From NCBI GenBank assembly GCA_947653235.1, contig CANTGH010000001.1, forward strand, positions 247,191 through 311,190: 64,000 bases of DNA. The letters run 5' to 3'. The notes under the pieces were generated by a model that was given only the letters and a program-made list of their open reading frames with translations, had not been told where the DNA came from and searched no databases. Position numbers and translations under genes: made by a program. This DNA is from an uncultured Clostridium sp. (GTDB lineage Bacteria > Bacillota > Clostridia > TANB77 > CAG-508). Shown here in pieces: positions 44,236-55,430 of this stretch (its first letter is position 1; each line of letters begins with the position of its first letter).

Positions 44236-45184
44236 TTATCTAAAAACCTCATAAAAATTTTTAAAAATATATCCTTGTTCTCGTAAATAGGAAATGAGCA
44301 TTGGCAAAGTTTGAACTGTATACGATTTATCACTCGCATCATGCATTAAAATAATAAGGCTTCCGATCACCCTGCATGGTTTGTTGCAAACAAGACATTA
44401 AAGCTTCTGGCGTTGTATTTCCTTCTGCATCACCTGTCAAACAATTCCAGTTGGTATAATTCACACCATAACTGTGTAACAATTCTTTCGCTTCTGCTTT
44501 AATACTAGCATATCTTCCGCCACTAGAACCGCCTGGAAAACGAAAAAGGTATGTGTTATAGGATTGATTGTTTAAGGCATTTCGAATGGCATTTTCACAC
44601 TTGATATATTCATCAAAAACCGTATCTTTCGAAGTGTATATTTGGGAATACTGATGAGAATAGCCATGATTGGCGATATAGTGACCTTCTGCATATTCAC
44701 GTTTTACTAAATCTGGATTTAATTCCACACGACTACCTAATACAAAAAATGTGGCTGGAATATTTTCTTGTTTTAAAATATCTAAAATTTGTGGTGTGAT
44801 ATTTTTTGATGGACCATCATCAAAGGTTAAATAGGCAACTTTCTCCTCTGTATGGTAAATATTCGTAATTTCTTGCTGTGCATTTGGATTTTGTTTTGGA
44901 ACAAATTTGGTTTTGATTTGCTCTAAATCGTGCTTTTGGATTTGTAAATGTTCTCCTTCATAAATAGCTAGTCCTGTCTTTTTATCGGATTTCTTGGCGG
45001 TTGTTTTCTCTGTTTGTGCATGATTTTTTAAATAAATAGAAATGCAAATACTTACAATCATGACAACGAAACAGCACAAAATAATCGCTCCACAAATAAT
45101 AGCTTTTCTTCTCAATTTGCTTTTATTTAATTCTACTTTATTAAATTCAAAATCTTCTTCTTCGTCTTCTCTATCATATAACAT
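44236..45184 (-). pseudogene. polysaccharide deacetylase (NodB homology domain, PdaA-like), frame-disrupted by 1 nt near 44363. This may be a sequencing error
   Basis: The 281-aa ORF has YLTFDDGPS...HGYSHQ and ends ...QGDRKPYYFNA*. The next frame reads IILMHDASDKSYTVQTLPMLISYLREQGYIFKNFYEVFR*. On the coding strand the junction reads GAT-C-GGA where GAT-GGA is expected. Confidence 0.8.
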
Positions 45185-45281
45185 TTTGCTTCCCTCGTTT
45201 CTTATTATACTATATTTTACATTTTTTTCAAGCGAACATACAAGAAAATTTGCTTTTTATTAAAATTCTAGCAACAAAGTT

Positions 45282-45331
45282 AAAAAAGCTATGTTAGAAT
45301 ACTATTTCTCACTCTAACATAGCTCTTTTTT
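45282..45331. terminator. bidirectional terminator
   Basis: A 12-bp stem AGCTATGTTAGA / TCTAACATAGCT followed by a T6 run. Confidence 0.55.
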
Positions 45332-45707
45332 ACGCTCTTTTTTTTAACCAGTACATCCGCTCTTTTATTTCGAGCAGTCTTTTTTTGTTGGAATAAAGAT
45401 CCGCAACCTGTTTTACGATGACATCATATTTTTCATAATACTCTAAAGTCTCACAAATGCATTTATAAAACTTTGTACACGCCTCTTGAGCATTGGAATA
45501 TCGAAATCGAATTTTTCCACAAGAAATTGTATCTGACTTGTTGAAAATTCCCAATTCCTCAGGATAAACATCAAATACCATCTCATACATTTTAAAAATG
45601 CAATACGCCTCAATCATCAATCTACACATTGGCACAACCAATCTTATGAAGCTCAAACATACCAGCAACAATATAACACCTAAAATTATCCGTAGCATTA
45701 TTCCCAT
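45330..45707 (-). CDS. hypothetical small membrane protein
   Basis: 125 aa with an N-terminal TM. It has a consensus promoter (TTGACA-N17-TACAAT) and the RBS AAGGAGG. Confidence 0.4.
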   Translation of the reverse strand: MGIMLRIILGVILLLVCLSFIRLVVPMCRLMIEAYCIFKMYEMVFDVYPEELGIFNKSDTISCGKIRFRYSNAQEACTKFYKCICETLEYYEKYDVIVKQVADLYSNKKRLLEIKERMYWLKKRA

Positions 45708-45766
45708 AAGAATTCCTCCTTAATTTTATTTATCTTTATTGTACCATTTTTTACATAATTTGTCAA

Positions 45767-47186
45767 CTAAAATATCTTTTCAAATTTATCCTTATGAAGC
45801 TCTCTTGGCACTTCAATTGGATATTGATTCGTAAAACAGCCTTCGCAGAAACTTTTCATATTGGAATTTTCAGCAATTTTCCTTAAATTCTCCAAACTCA
45901 AATATTCCAATGAATCTACACCAATTTGCTCACGAATTTCTTCGATGGTCTTTTTCCTTGCAATTAATCCATCTTCTGTTGTAACATCAGTTCCGAAATA
46001 GCACATACCAATAAATGGTGGAGCCGCAATTCTCAAATGAATTTCCTTCACACCTTCTCTTCTTAAAATTTGAACCAATCTCGTCATCGTGGTTCCTCGC
46101 ACAATGGAATCATCTATTAAAATAATTCTTTTTCCCTTAATATTTTGTTTCAAAGGATTTAATTTTAGAACCACTTGTTTTTTTCTTTCGCTCTGTGTCG
46201 ATTGGATAAACGTTCTACCTATGTATTTGCTTTTGACAAAAGCCATACCATATGGAATTTTAGACGCTTTCGAATAACCGAAGAGCGGCATCTAGACCAG
46301 AATCTGGTACGCCTGCTACAAAATCGGCTTCTACTGGAGCCTGCATACTCAAATAGCGACCTGTTTCTTCCCTAAATTTATGAACACTATAACCATCCAC
46401 AATTGAATCTGGTCTTGAAAAATAAACATATTCAAAAATACATAAACCATCTTTTTCATTCGTTCTAAAATTTGTCGTTGAAACTTGATTTTGATAAATC
46501 GTTACCACTTCACCTGGTTTAATATCTCGTACAAACTCTGCCCCTAAAATATCTAGTGCACAACTTTCTGACGAAAACACATAATCTCCATCCAATTTTC
46601 CCATACACAACGGACGAAAACCATTTGGATCTCTTACTGCAATTAGTTTTTGGGAACTCATCACCAATAAAGAATAAGCTCCTTTTATGTATTTCATACT
46701 ATTGAAAACTGCTTCTTCAATCGAATGTGTTTTTAATCTTTCACGTGCAATAATATAAGCAATAACTTCGGTATCGCTTGTAGAATTGAAAATTGCTCCA
46801 TTTTCTTCTAATTCTGCACGCAACTGTGCTGTATTGGTAAGATTTCCATTATGAGCAATACACAAATTTCCTTTTTTATATCTTGAAAAAATTGGCTGAG
46901 CATTTTCTTTTTTAGCCGCACCAGTCGTCGAATAGCGAACATGTCCTATTCCCATTTTTCCCTTTGGTAAATCACGCATAACGGAATTGGTAAAAACATC
47001 TGATACCAAACCTACATCTTTATGACATGTAATAACGCCCCCATTATTAATGGCAATTCCGCAGGATTCTTCTCCTCTATGTTGTAAACTCGACAATCCA
47101 ACACAAATTGGAAATGCTAACTCTTCTTCATTTTTTAAAGAATATATTCCAAATATTCCACATTCTTCTTTCATTTTCTTCTCCAT
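45767..47186 (-). pseudogene. purF: amidophosphoribosyltransferase, frame-disrupted by 1 nt near 46279. This may be a sequencing error
   Basis: The 308-aa N-terminal part carries the Ntn glutaminase CGIFGI motif and ends ...GVPDSGLDAALRLFESV*. The 174-aa C-terminal part carries the PRTase motif RIILIDDSIVRGTT. On the coding strand the junction reads CTT-C-GGT where ...AAL-GYSKASKIPY is expected. Confidence 0.85.
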
Positions 47187-47224
47187 TTAAAAATAATGAT
47201 AGAACCTAAGGTTTATCCTTTCGT

Positions 47225-47253
47225 TCCTATCATTATTATAACTTTTTTTTACA
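47225..47253 (-). promoter_or_regulatory. purF-proximal promoter (TTGACG-N17-TATAAT) followed immediately by a hairpin and U-tract
   Basis: On the minus strand: TTGACGaaattgtaaaaaaaagtTATAAT, then AATGATAG...CTATCATT plus ATTTTTAAAT directly before the purF RBS. Confidence 0.4.
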
Positions 47254-47299
47254 ATTTCGTCAATATAAAATTTGAGGTATTTTTTGAATTTATCAATGT

Positions 47300-47380
47300 T
47301 TTACATAAAAAACTCTACTTTTTATTATATCATATTTATGTAAATTTATCAACTTGACTTTGTGACCCAAATATGCTATA
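47300..47380 (-). repeat. partial copy D of the conserved promoter repeat (TTGATA-N17-TGATATAAT); a + strand TTGACT-N17-TATAAT shares the palindromic -35
   Basis: It shares the TTATTATATCAtATTT, TCAACTTGAC and AAATATGCT blocks with copies A-C. Confidence 0.4.
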
Positions 47381-47384
47381 ATAA

Positions 47385-47425
47385 AAGATAGGGGGTAAAA
47401 TCGATATTTTACCCCCTATTTTTTC
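47385..47425. terminator. bidirectional terminator
   Basis: TAGGGGGTAAAAT-cgat-ATTTTACCCCCTA followed by a T6 run. Confidence 0.6.
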
Positions 47426-49164
47426 TAATAATTCGCAAAAGTGCTCTCATATTTGCCAGAACCAATGCTTCCAACCGATATTGAGCCTGTTCCGCCATCA
47501 CCGCCTTTATATGCTACGTTTTCTATTCCTCCATTGGCTGTTATTTGTCCTTTATTAGCGTAATTTGTTTTATAAAATATATTAATCGATCCTCCTCCAG
47601 ATGAACCTCCACTAAAAACGTTATCTCCGCCGCCGCCCCTTTTTCCATTAGCTTCTATATCAGCATTATTTTGTATCGCATTAGCATATATAACTAACAA
47701 TCCACCTGTTCCATTCTCTCCATTTAAGTCAGGTCTAGTTCCATTTCCAGCATGACCAATTGCACCAGGATTACCAGCTCCACCTCCTGAATACGCATCA
47801 CCTTCAATCCTTGAACCTTCACCACCTGCACCACCATTTTCTTCTCCATCTGCTATGGAATGACCAGTCATTTCAATCGCATGTCCTCCTCCTCCAGTTC
47901 CCCCAGAATAAGAAGTACCTTTTGCACCACAACCTCTTCCCATAAATGGATTGGCATTTCCATTTGCTCCAGAACCTCCTCCACCAGTTGCTCTACTTGT
48001 TCCATTTTCACCATTGTTTCCTTCTGTATTTGTTGTGGATGGTATAATTCCCCCTGCACCACCTACTGCCGGTACATATTCAAAATTTCCCTCTGTATTT
48101 TTCCACAAATATACATTCTCTCCTTCAGCTCTAGCTCCACAAGCTGTCATACTGATCATTCCATTGTTAGTTAGTGTGCCTGTACAATAAATAATCATTC
48201 CTTTCGGTCCTCCGTAGCCTTCTTCACTTTGGACAGCTCTTACTTTTACTCCATTATTGATTGTTAAATTTCCTTCTACTTTTAATACTACCGTATTTTG
48301 AGCATATTCACTATCTGTTGCTACATCAGCTTGCGTTCCAAAAACATAAATATTTTTTCCTTCTTCTTTTCCACGCCAAACACCTTCTACATCTTGTATT
48401 CCATCCAGAACTAAGTCTCCTTTGTTATGAATAACATCTAATGAATATGTCTTAGTTTCTGTCTTTCCTGCTACTTTTACTTTTTTAAGTCCACTACTAC
48501 TGATTTTGGATATACCTTCCAATAATGAATTTGAAATTTCTAATACATTACTTACCTCTTCACTTTTCACAATCGCTGTTCTTCCATTGCTTCCTTTTAT
48601 TCTAAAATAATAAATTCCATTACTCGTCACTTCAAATCTATCTGTAGTTCCTTCTTTCAAAACAGCTCCATTAAGTGGTTGTATTTCTTGTATTGTTCCA
48701 TCTGTTGTGCTAGCAATAACTTGCAATTCCACTTTGGCTACTCCTTCTGCTGTTGTTATTTTGTCCACTCTTCCTGTTGGCTTTGCTCCCATCGATTCGT
48801 CTTCCAAGATGATTTCTCCTTCATTCGTAATGGTCACATCTTTGCCCTTATAATTTACTAATAAATCTGTTTCTACTGGAATGACTGTAGCATTTGAATC
48901 CTCTTTTCGAAGTTCTTTTTCTAATTCTTCTGCTTTTTTGGCATTATCCCAATGATTAGCTAATACATCAATCATCACAGCATTATAGTGCAAACGGATT
49001 TCTTCTTCAATGCTTGCCAAATTACTTTTGTCTGCTGTATTTGTCGCACGTTTCAAAATTCCATTTTCTCCCGCTATTAAATTCAAACTCACTCCAGCCA
49101 AAATTAATAATACAATAATAGTGACAACAAGCGCAATTAAAGTAATTCCTTATTTTCTCTTCAT
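47425..49164 (-). CDS. Gly/Asn-rich cell-surface protein with pilin-like N-terminus, interrupted by an in-frame TAA after codon 4
   Basis: The reading is ATG AAG AGA AAA TAA GGA ATT ACT..., giving MKRK*GITLIALVVTIIVLLILAGVSL.... The ORF finder re-initiates at a TTG (MAGVSL). The C-terminal ~230 aa are extremely Gly-rich (GGxGG, GNG). Confidence 0.5.
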
Positions 49165-49298
49165 CTTTGGTTTTCTCCTTTTATTTTTTATAGAGGCAGA
49201 ACTGAACTTTTTCTGCCCTCATTATTGATGTTATTATAACTAATCATTTCAATTTTTGCAAGATTTTCTTCCAATGTAATCAAATTGTAAAATTTGAA

Positions 49299-49631
49299 TT
49301 AAGGAACCATATTGTTTAAATAATCTTTTCCTTGCTCTTTTTCAAGAACTTTCATATTAAATTTTTCTTTTTCTAATTTATGTAAAATATTTAATGTTTC
49401 ATCTTCCGACTCCAAATCAATGACCACCAAATTATTATAAAAATTCCTTCCATAGGTCAACTCTCGAATGTATTCTTCAATTCCATTTTCGACATTTTTT
49501 ACAGTCATGACAAATTTTATGTTCTCTTCTAATTTTTTATAAGTATTAAAATTTACACAGTCCTGAATTATACTAAATAAGCCATATATACACAAAACCC
49601 ATAAGACTAATTGCATGAAAAAATCTAACAT
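49299..49631 (-). CDS. hypothetical protein with N-terminal TM helix
   Basis: 110-aa ORF. Confidence 0.4.
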   Translation of the reverse strand: MLDFFMQLVLWVLCIYGLFSIIQDCVNFNTYKKLEENIKFVMTVKNVENGIEEYIRELTYGRNFYNNLVVIDLESEDETLNILHKLEKEKFNMKVLEKEQGKDYLNNMVP

Positions 49632-49686
49632 ATTATCACTCCTTTTGTATATATTATGTAACTTTGTCGAATTTGTGACGATTCAC

Positions 49687-49971
49687 TTAATATCTGTTAT
49701 TTTCGACAATTTTAATAATATCTGCAATGTATTTTCCAATGACTGGAATATTAAGTGTAACGATTTTTTCTAGAAGAATAATTAAAATAGCTGTTATGAT
49801 GGTAACACCAATCCCTATCCCAACACCTCGGCTAACTCCAGCCCAAAAATTGCGCCTAAAAATCTCTTTTTTATTGCCCAAAATATAAATTAATTCTTGC
49901 AAATTTTGTTCCTCTAATTTTCGGCTCAATCGCTCTAAATTCCTATTTAATTTTCCAAACATAAACACCAT
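49687..49971 (-). CDS. hypothetical protein with C-terminal TM helix
   Basis: 94-aa ORF directly downstream of the copy-C promoter. Confidence 0.4.
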   Translation of the reverse strand: MVFMFGKLNRNLERLSRKLEEQNLQELIYILGNKKEIFRRNFWAGVSRGVGIGIGVTIITAILIILLEKIVTLNIPVIGKYIADIIKIVENNRY

Positions 49972-50044
49972 CCCTTTTATAGAATGGCGTTTTTTTTGAT
50001 TATTTATGCAATTTACTATATTTTTTGCTTTGAGAGAGCAAAAA

Positions 50045-50130
50045 TACCCTCACCTTTTATTATATCATATTTTCAGACTTATGTCAAGTTGACGAAATGG
50101 CAAAAATATGCTCTCACTTGATTTTACTGA
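50045..50130 (-). repeat. conserved promoter-bearing repeat, copy C (TTGACA-N17-TGATATAAT)
   Basis: See copy A. Confidence 0.5.
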
Positions 50131-50139
50131 TTTTTAGGA

Positions 50140-51294
50140 CTATTGATATAATATCATCCTAAATCCCCAATAATAATCTGTCATATTTTCTTTGTAGCCT
50201 GTATGACTGCTAGCCGTCCTGCTTAGATTAGCACCGCCACCTCGTACAACTCGGTAAGTAACTGTTTCTGCAACAGTTTGTTCATTGGTTGTATTTTTCT
50301 TTTTGTTTTTTGAGCTTGAATTAGTGGTTGCAGGTTTTACTTTATAGATTTCAGTTGTCCATTCTCTTACGTTTCCTGCTAAATCACATATGTTATTTTT
50401 TCTATCGGACTCAGTCACTCCTGTATTTTGAATGTTGCCTGAATAATTTCCATAACTTGTGTTGGTAGAATAATTTTCAAAACAACTATCTAGCCATTCT
50501 AAAGTGGTGTCCCAAGCATAGCTGTTCATAATAGCGGTTTGATACCCATCATAACCAAATACAGAAGATGCTTTATTTGCCACTTCTGCTGCTTCAGAAT
50601 ACGTAATATTTGTCCAAGGTGATGCATTAGCAATACTAGAAGCTGTTTTTTCTCCTTCTTTTTCATAAAGAGACGCTTCGTATCTGGCAATGTAAAATCC
50701 ATAATTTTGTGCAACACTATTGACTAATGCAGAGGCTGTATTATTCGATTCATCATAATCTTTATCCAACATCGTGTTTCTTGTCATTTTCCCACTTTTT
50801 ACTGGTACCCAAACAAACTGATTACCAAAAGAATCTTGAATTACATAACCATTTTCTACTTCTCCTTCTACATGTGAAAAACCAGTTGGCATGTATGGCT
50901 CAGTAGCAGAAGCCTCTTGTAAATTGCCCACTTCGATTGAAGCAGAAGCCATTTGACCATTCTTTCCTTTGGCTTTAAAAGTGTAGGTTCCATTTTGTTT
51001 AACTTCATATGTTGCATGATTAGAACGATTGATAGAGCCATCTGGAAAAATAATTGAATCAATGCCAGCTTCGTCTTCTGTGGTAGCATTTATGGTAATG
51101 ACAATTGTTTTTTGATACTTCTCATCGGTATTGGTACTTAAATCTAATTGTGGAAGTATTTCAGCTACCTTTGTTTTCCCATTGTTGGCACTATCCGATT
51201 TAGTTTTGTCAATGATAAGTTTTAGAGCAATTCCAGCCATTATTACAACGAAAATCATCAGTATCATGATAAGGGGTGAAATTTTAGGTTTCAT
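50140..51294 (-). CDS. membrane-anchored FGE-sulfatase (formylglycine-generating enzyme/SUMF1) family domain protein
   Basis: 384 aa with an N-terminal TM helix. The C-terminal domain carries GNVREW and YRVVRGGG...GFRMILY, typical of the FGE-sulfatase fold. Confidence 0.65.
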   Translation of the reverse strand: MKPKISPLIMILMIFVVIMAGIALKLIIDKTKSDSANNGKTKVAEILPQLDLSTNTDEKYQKTIVITINATTEDEAGIDSIIFPDGSINRSNHATYEVKQNGTYTFKAKGKNGQMASASIEVGNLQEASATEPYMPTGFSHVEGEVENGYVIQDSFGNQFVWVPVKSGKMTRNTMLDKDYDESNNTASALVNSVAQNYGFYIARYEASLYEKEGEKTASSIANASPWTNITYSEAAEVANKASSVFGYDGYQTAIMNSYAWDTTLEWLDSCFENYSTNTSYGNYSGNIQNTGVTESDRKNNICDLAGNVREWTTEIYKVKPATTNSSSKNKKKNTTNEQTVAETVTYRVVRGGGANLSRTASSHTGYKENMTDYYWGFRMILYQ

Positions 51295-51359
51295 TTTTCT
51301 ATCTCCTTTTTATTTGATATTTCTATTATAAACATAAATTTACTTTTTTTCAAACTTTT

Positions 51360-54300
51360 TTACAAATTAATCCATTTTTGAAGCATGGTTGAATAAATAT
51401 AAGTTTCATCAACCTTTCTATTTAAACTGATTTCTAAAGCTTGTTTATAGATTTCTAATTGCACAACATATTTTTCTTTGAGAATTTCTTCTGTTTGCAC
51501 AAAATCTGTTTTATAATCCACTAAAACAAGATGATTTTGTTCATCAATAAAATATAAATCTATCATGCCTTGTATAGCAATTTCATGTGCATCATATTCT
51601 TCACGTTTTAAATGAACACAAAATGCTTTTTCTTTTTCTAATATTGGAGCTCGTTTTATTCTTGTATACATTCTTGAATTTAAAAATGCTTCAATTTCAC
51701 ATAAATCAATCTTTGCTAATTCCTCTTGTTGAACGATTTTTCGCAGGCAGAGTTGATTGACAAAATCTTGCAGTTCTTGTTTGGTATAACTCTTCGTAAA
51801 ATCTAATTTCTGTAAAATAAAATGTATTATGGTTCCTTTTCGAACAGATGTAATTTCCTGTTTGTTTTGTGCCAATTGAAGACGGATGTGTTCTAAGCCA
51901 ATTGGCTCTTTTTCTGTTTTATTTTTACGTTGCTTTAACTCTGAAACTGTTGTTTTGATTGGCATATCAACCAAAGCCTTGTGTGGATATTCCCATTGAA
52001 ATATTTTCTCGATAGCTTGCCTATCTATTTCTTTATTCCAATCTATCTTCCTTATATTTTCTTGGATAGGTTGCGTTTTTTTAAACTCCTCTTTGGAATG
52101 AACCAACACAGCTAACTGGTTTTGCAATTCTCCTTTTAACAATACCAAATGAATCCAGTCAAAATAGGAATCATATTTTTTTAAGAGAATTGGATCGATT
52201 TTTGTCTCTTGCTCAGTATACATATTTAACAAATCTATTTTTTGATTTTGTTCTTTATGAAAATCATTAACTGTAGCTGTAATGATTAGTTTTTCTTTGG
52301 CACGTGTGAGTGCAACATAGAGGATTCTCATTTCTTCGGAAATAGTTTCGTTTTTTTCAACTATTTTGATTGCTTCTTTGGCAACTGTTGGATATTGAAT
52401 TTTCCTTTCATAATCGATGTATTGCGGACCAAATCCAATAGTATTATGAACTAAAATATCTTTTTTTAAATCTTGTAAATTCATTTTTTTATTAGCACAA
52501 CATAAAAATACAACTGGAAATTCTAATCCTTTACTTTTATGAATACTCATAATTCTAACTACATTTTCATTTTCTCCAATTACTTTAGCAGCAGACATAT
52601 CTGAATTACCACTTTTTAACTTTTCGACAAAACGTATGAAATGGAAGAGTCCGCTAAAGCTAGTTTTTTCATATTCTTTGGCACGTTCAAACAACATCCT
52701 TAAGTTAGCTTGTCTTAAGGTTCCATTTGGCATAAGGCCAACGTATTCCAAAAAACCTGTATCGGTATAAATTTTCCAAATTAATTCTGCTAAACTTAAG
52801 AGTTCACTTTCTTGCTTCCAATTTTGTAAATGATTTAAAAATTGGTTTATTTTTTCTTGTAGTGATTTTTCCATTTCTTTTGGCAAATTTAATAAGTTTG
52901 AATAGACACGTTCGTCTCGATTGGGTAAACGAATTTCTAGAATCTCATTATCGGAAAATCGACCAATTGGCGATCGCATAACAGCTACTAAGTTAATATC
53001 GTCTAATGGATTATCTAGCATTTTTAGGACATTTATGACAGTTTGTACCTCCATTGTATCAAAATATTCTGCTGATGTATCTGAAAAAACTGGAATTCCA
53101 TTTTGAGACAATTCTTTTTCAAAAATCGGTGCTGTACTTTTGGTAGAACGTAATAAAATTACAATATCTCTGTACTGTATTTTTCGACTATTTCCATCTT
53201 TTCCTTGGATTAGTTTTTCATTTTGAATGAGTTTTTGAATTTGCTCTCTTACACAAATTGCCTCTAACTCTATCTTGCTTAACTCTCTTTCGTTTTCTTC
53301 ATTTGAATTTTCTTGGATTTGTATTGTTTCATCTTGACTTTTTATGTCGATAATATGCAATTCACTTTTCCCCACATGATGTTCAATTTGTGGATAATTA
53401 GCTCCTAAATTCAAATATTCTTCTTTGGTATAATTTATATCACCCAATTTTTTGCTCATGATATTTTCAAAAACAACATTTGTTATGTCCAAAATATTTT
53501 GATTGCTTCTAAAATTTTTAAATAATTGAATTTTCTGACCTTTGGCATTACCACTTAAATCATATTGTTCGTATTTTTCCAAAAATAATTGAGGGCAAGC
53601 CTGTCTAAATTTATAAATACTTTGTTTGACATCACCAACCATAAAAATATTATTGCCACGTGATATGGATTTTAAAATATATTCTTGTATCTCATTACTA
53701 TCTTGATATTCGTCAATCGCAATTTCTTCAAATTTTTCTTGCAATTTTTTAGCAACTTCCGTTGGAAAAGGAATTCCATTTTCATTCTCTTGCACTAAAA
53801 TTTCTAATGCATAATGCTCTATATCTGAAAAATCAATAATATTTTTGCTCTTTTTCTTTGCTTTGAAGGTTTCATCAAATCTCACTATTAAATTTTTAAG
53901 TGCTAGTAAGTTGTCATATAAAATAAAAATATCATCAAAGGCTTCTTGCGAGTCATATAACAATGTTTTTTTAATGCTCACATTGATTTTATCTTTCACT
54001 TGATTTCGTACTTTCTTAGCTTCTTCTTTTAATTCTGGATTTGCCTTTTTATCAGAAGGCCATCGATCAAATTCAAGTTTATTGGCATAATGAAAGGCTT
54101 CATCCCAAGTGTTACAAGAATCATATAGTTTTTGTAGAATTGTTTCATCTTTTTGAAGTGTTTGGCTGTATTTTTCCATTTCTAGCTGTTGTTCTAATTT
54201 GTTTTTTTCTATCTTAATTTGGTTCATTCCGCTCAAAACTTCTTCTTTAAAATTCTCTAATACAATTTGTCCCCAAATGGAGTTTGAAAAATCCTGTTTT

Positions 54301-54903
54301 TTATTTTGAGAAGCACAAAACATTTCTACTTTTTCATCCAACCATTTTTGAGGAAAAGGCATACTTTGAATAAGGCGATAGATTTGCAAAACCATTTCTT
54401 GAATCGATTCATCCCCTCTATAACTCGTATAATTTTCTATTAATTTTGTAAATGTTTCCTCTTCTGCCTCATACAATTCTTCCAATATTTCTTCTAAAAC
54501 TTCCTGTTTTAATAACTGAATTTCCTCCTCAGATGCAATTCTAACATTAGCTGATAAATTGACTTCAAAAAAGTTATTTTTAATGACATCCAAACAAAAA
54601 GAATGAATGGTACAAATATTGGATTTTCCTAATAAAACAATTTGTTTTTGCAAATTTTCATCTTCTGGATTTTCATCCAATTTTTTATAAATCGCATCCA
54701 ATACTCTTTCTCTCATTTCAGATGCTGCTGCATTGGTAAATGTTACCACTAATAATTTATCAATATCGATGGTATCTTTTAAGATTTTCTGAATAATTCT
54801 TTCCACCAAAACAGCTGTTTTTCCACTGCCGTGCTGCTGCTGCAACTAATATATTATTATCTTTTTCAAATATAGCCTTTTTTTGTTCCTTTGTCCAATT
54901 CAT
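51360..54903 (-). pseudogene. addA: AddA-like UvrD-family helicase with C-terminal PD-(D/E)xK nuclease, frame-disrupted by 1 nt near 54830. This may be a sequencing error. No addB is adjacent
   Basis: The upstream frame reads MNWTKEQKKAIFEKDNNILVAAAA then RQWKNSC..., where ...AAAA-GSGKTAVLVERII is expected. On the coding strand the junction reads GCA-C-GGC. The 1161-aa ORF has UvrD motifs and a C-terminal LVDYKTD nuclease motif. Confidence 0.8.
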
Positions 54904-55004
54904 TTTTTTACCTCTTTTGTATTATATCTCATTATTTCAAGAGTTTCAATGTTTCAACGAATAATTTTTAAAAATTACCCAATACTATTTTTAAGGAGGC
55001 TTTT

Positions 55005-55430
55005 ATGAACGATTTAACAATTTTAAACGAAATACACAAAGGTGTATGTATGGGAAAAGATTCCATTGCGATGGTAGCACAAAAAAGTACAGATGAAAAA
55101 TTTAAAAACGAACTAAGTTATCAATATAATCAATATCAAGAAACAGAAAAACGCATCAATGAAAAATTTGAAGCAATCGGAGAAATCCCAGATGACACAC
55201 CCATGGGGGAAAAAATAATGGGTTGGACTGGTATTCAATTCAATACAATGAACGATAAAACCAATTCACAACTTTCTGAAATTATGATACAAGGTTATGA
55301 CATGGGAATTATCAAAGGAGTCAAACTTTTAAATCAAAGTCCAGAAGCATCAAAAGATGTAAAAGATATTTTAAATGGTTTTATTGCTTTTCAGGAAAAT
55401 AGTATCGATCGACTAAAAAAATTTTTGTAG
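55005..55430 (+). CDS. hypothetical protein (possibly ferritin-like/coat-F-like)
   Basis: 141 aa with RBS AAGGAGG. The family guess is weak. Confidence 0.4.
   Translation: MNDLTILNEIHKGVCMGKDSIAMVAQKSTDEKFKNELSYQYNQYQETEKRINEKFEAIGEIPDDTPMGEKIMGWTGIQFNTMNDKTNSQLSEIMIQGYDMGIIKGVKLLNQSPEASKDVKDILNGFIAFQENSIDRLKKFL

Noticed and set aside
49181-49220. Hairpin GAGGCAGAA...TTCTGCCCTC downstream of the 49299-49631 gene as a terminator
   Set aside because: The T-run lies on the wrong side for a minus-strand terminator, and there is no plus-strand gene upstream. It was left uncalled.
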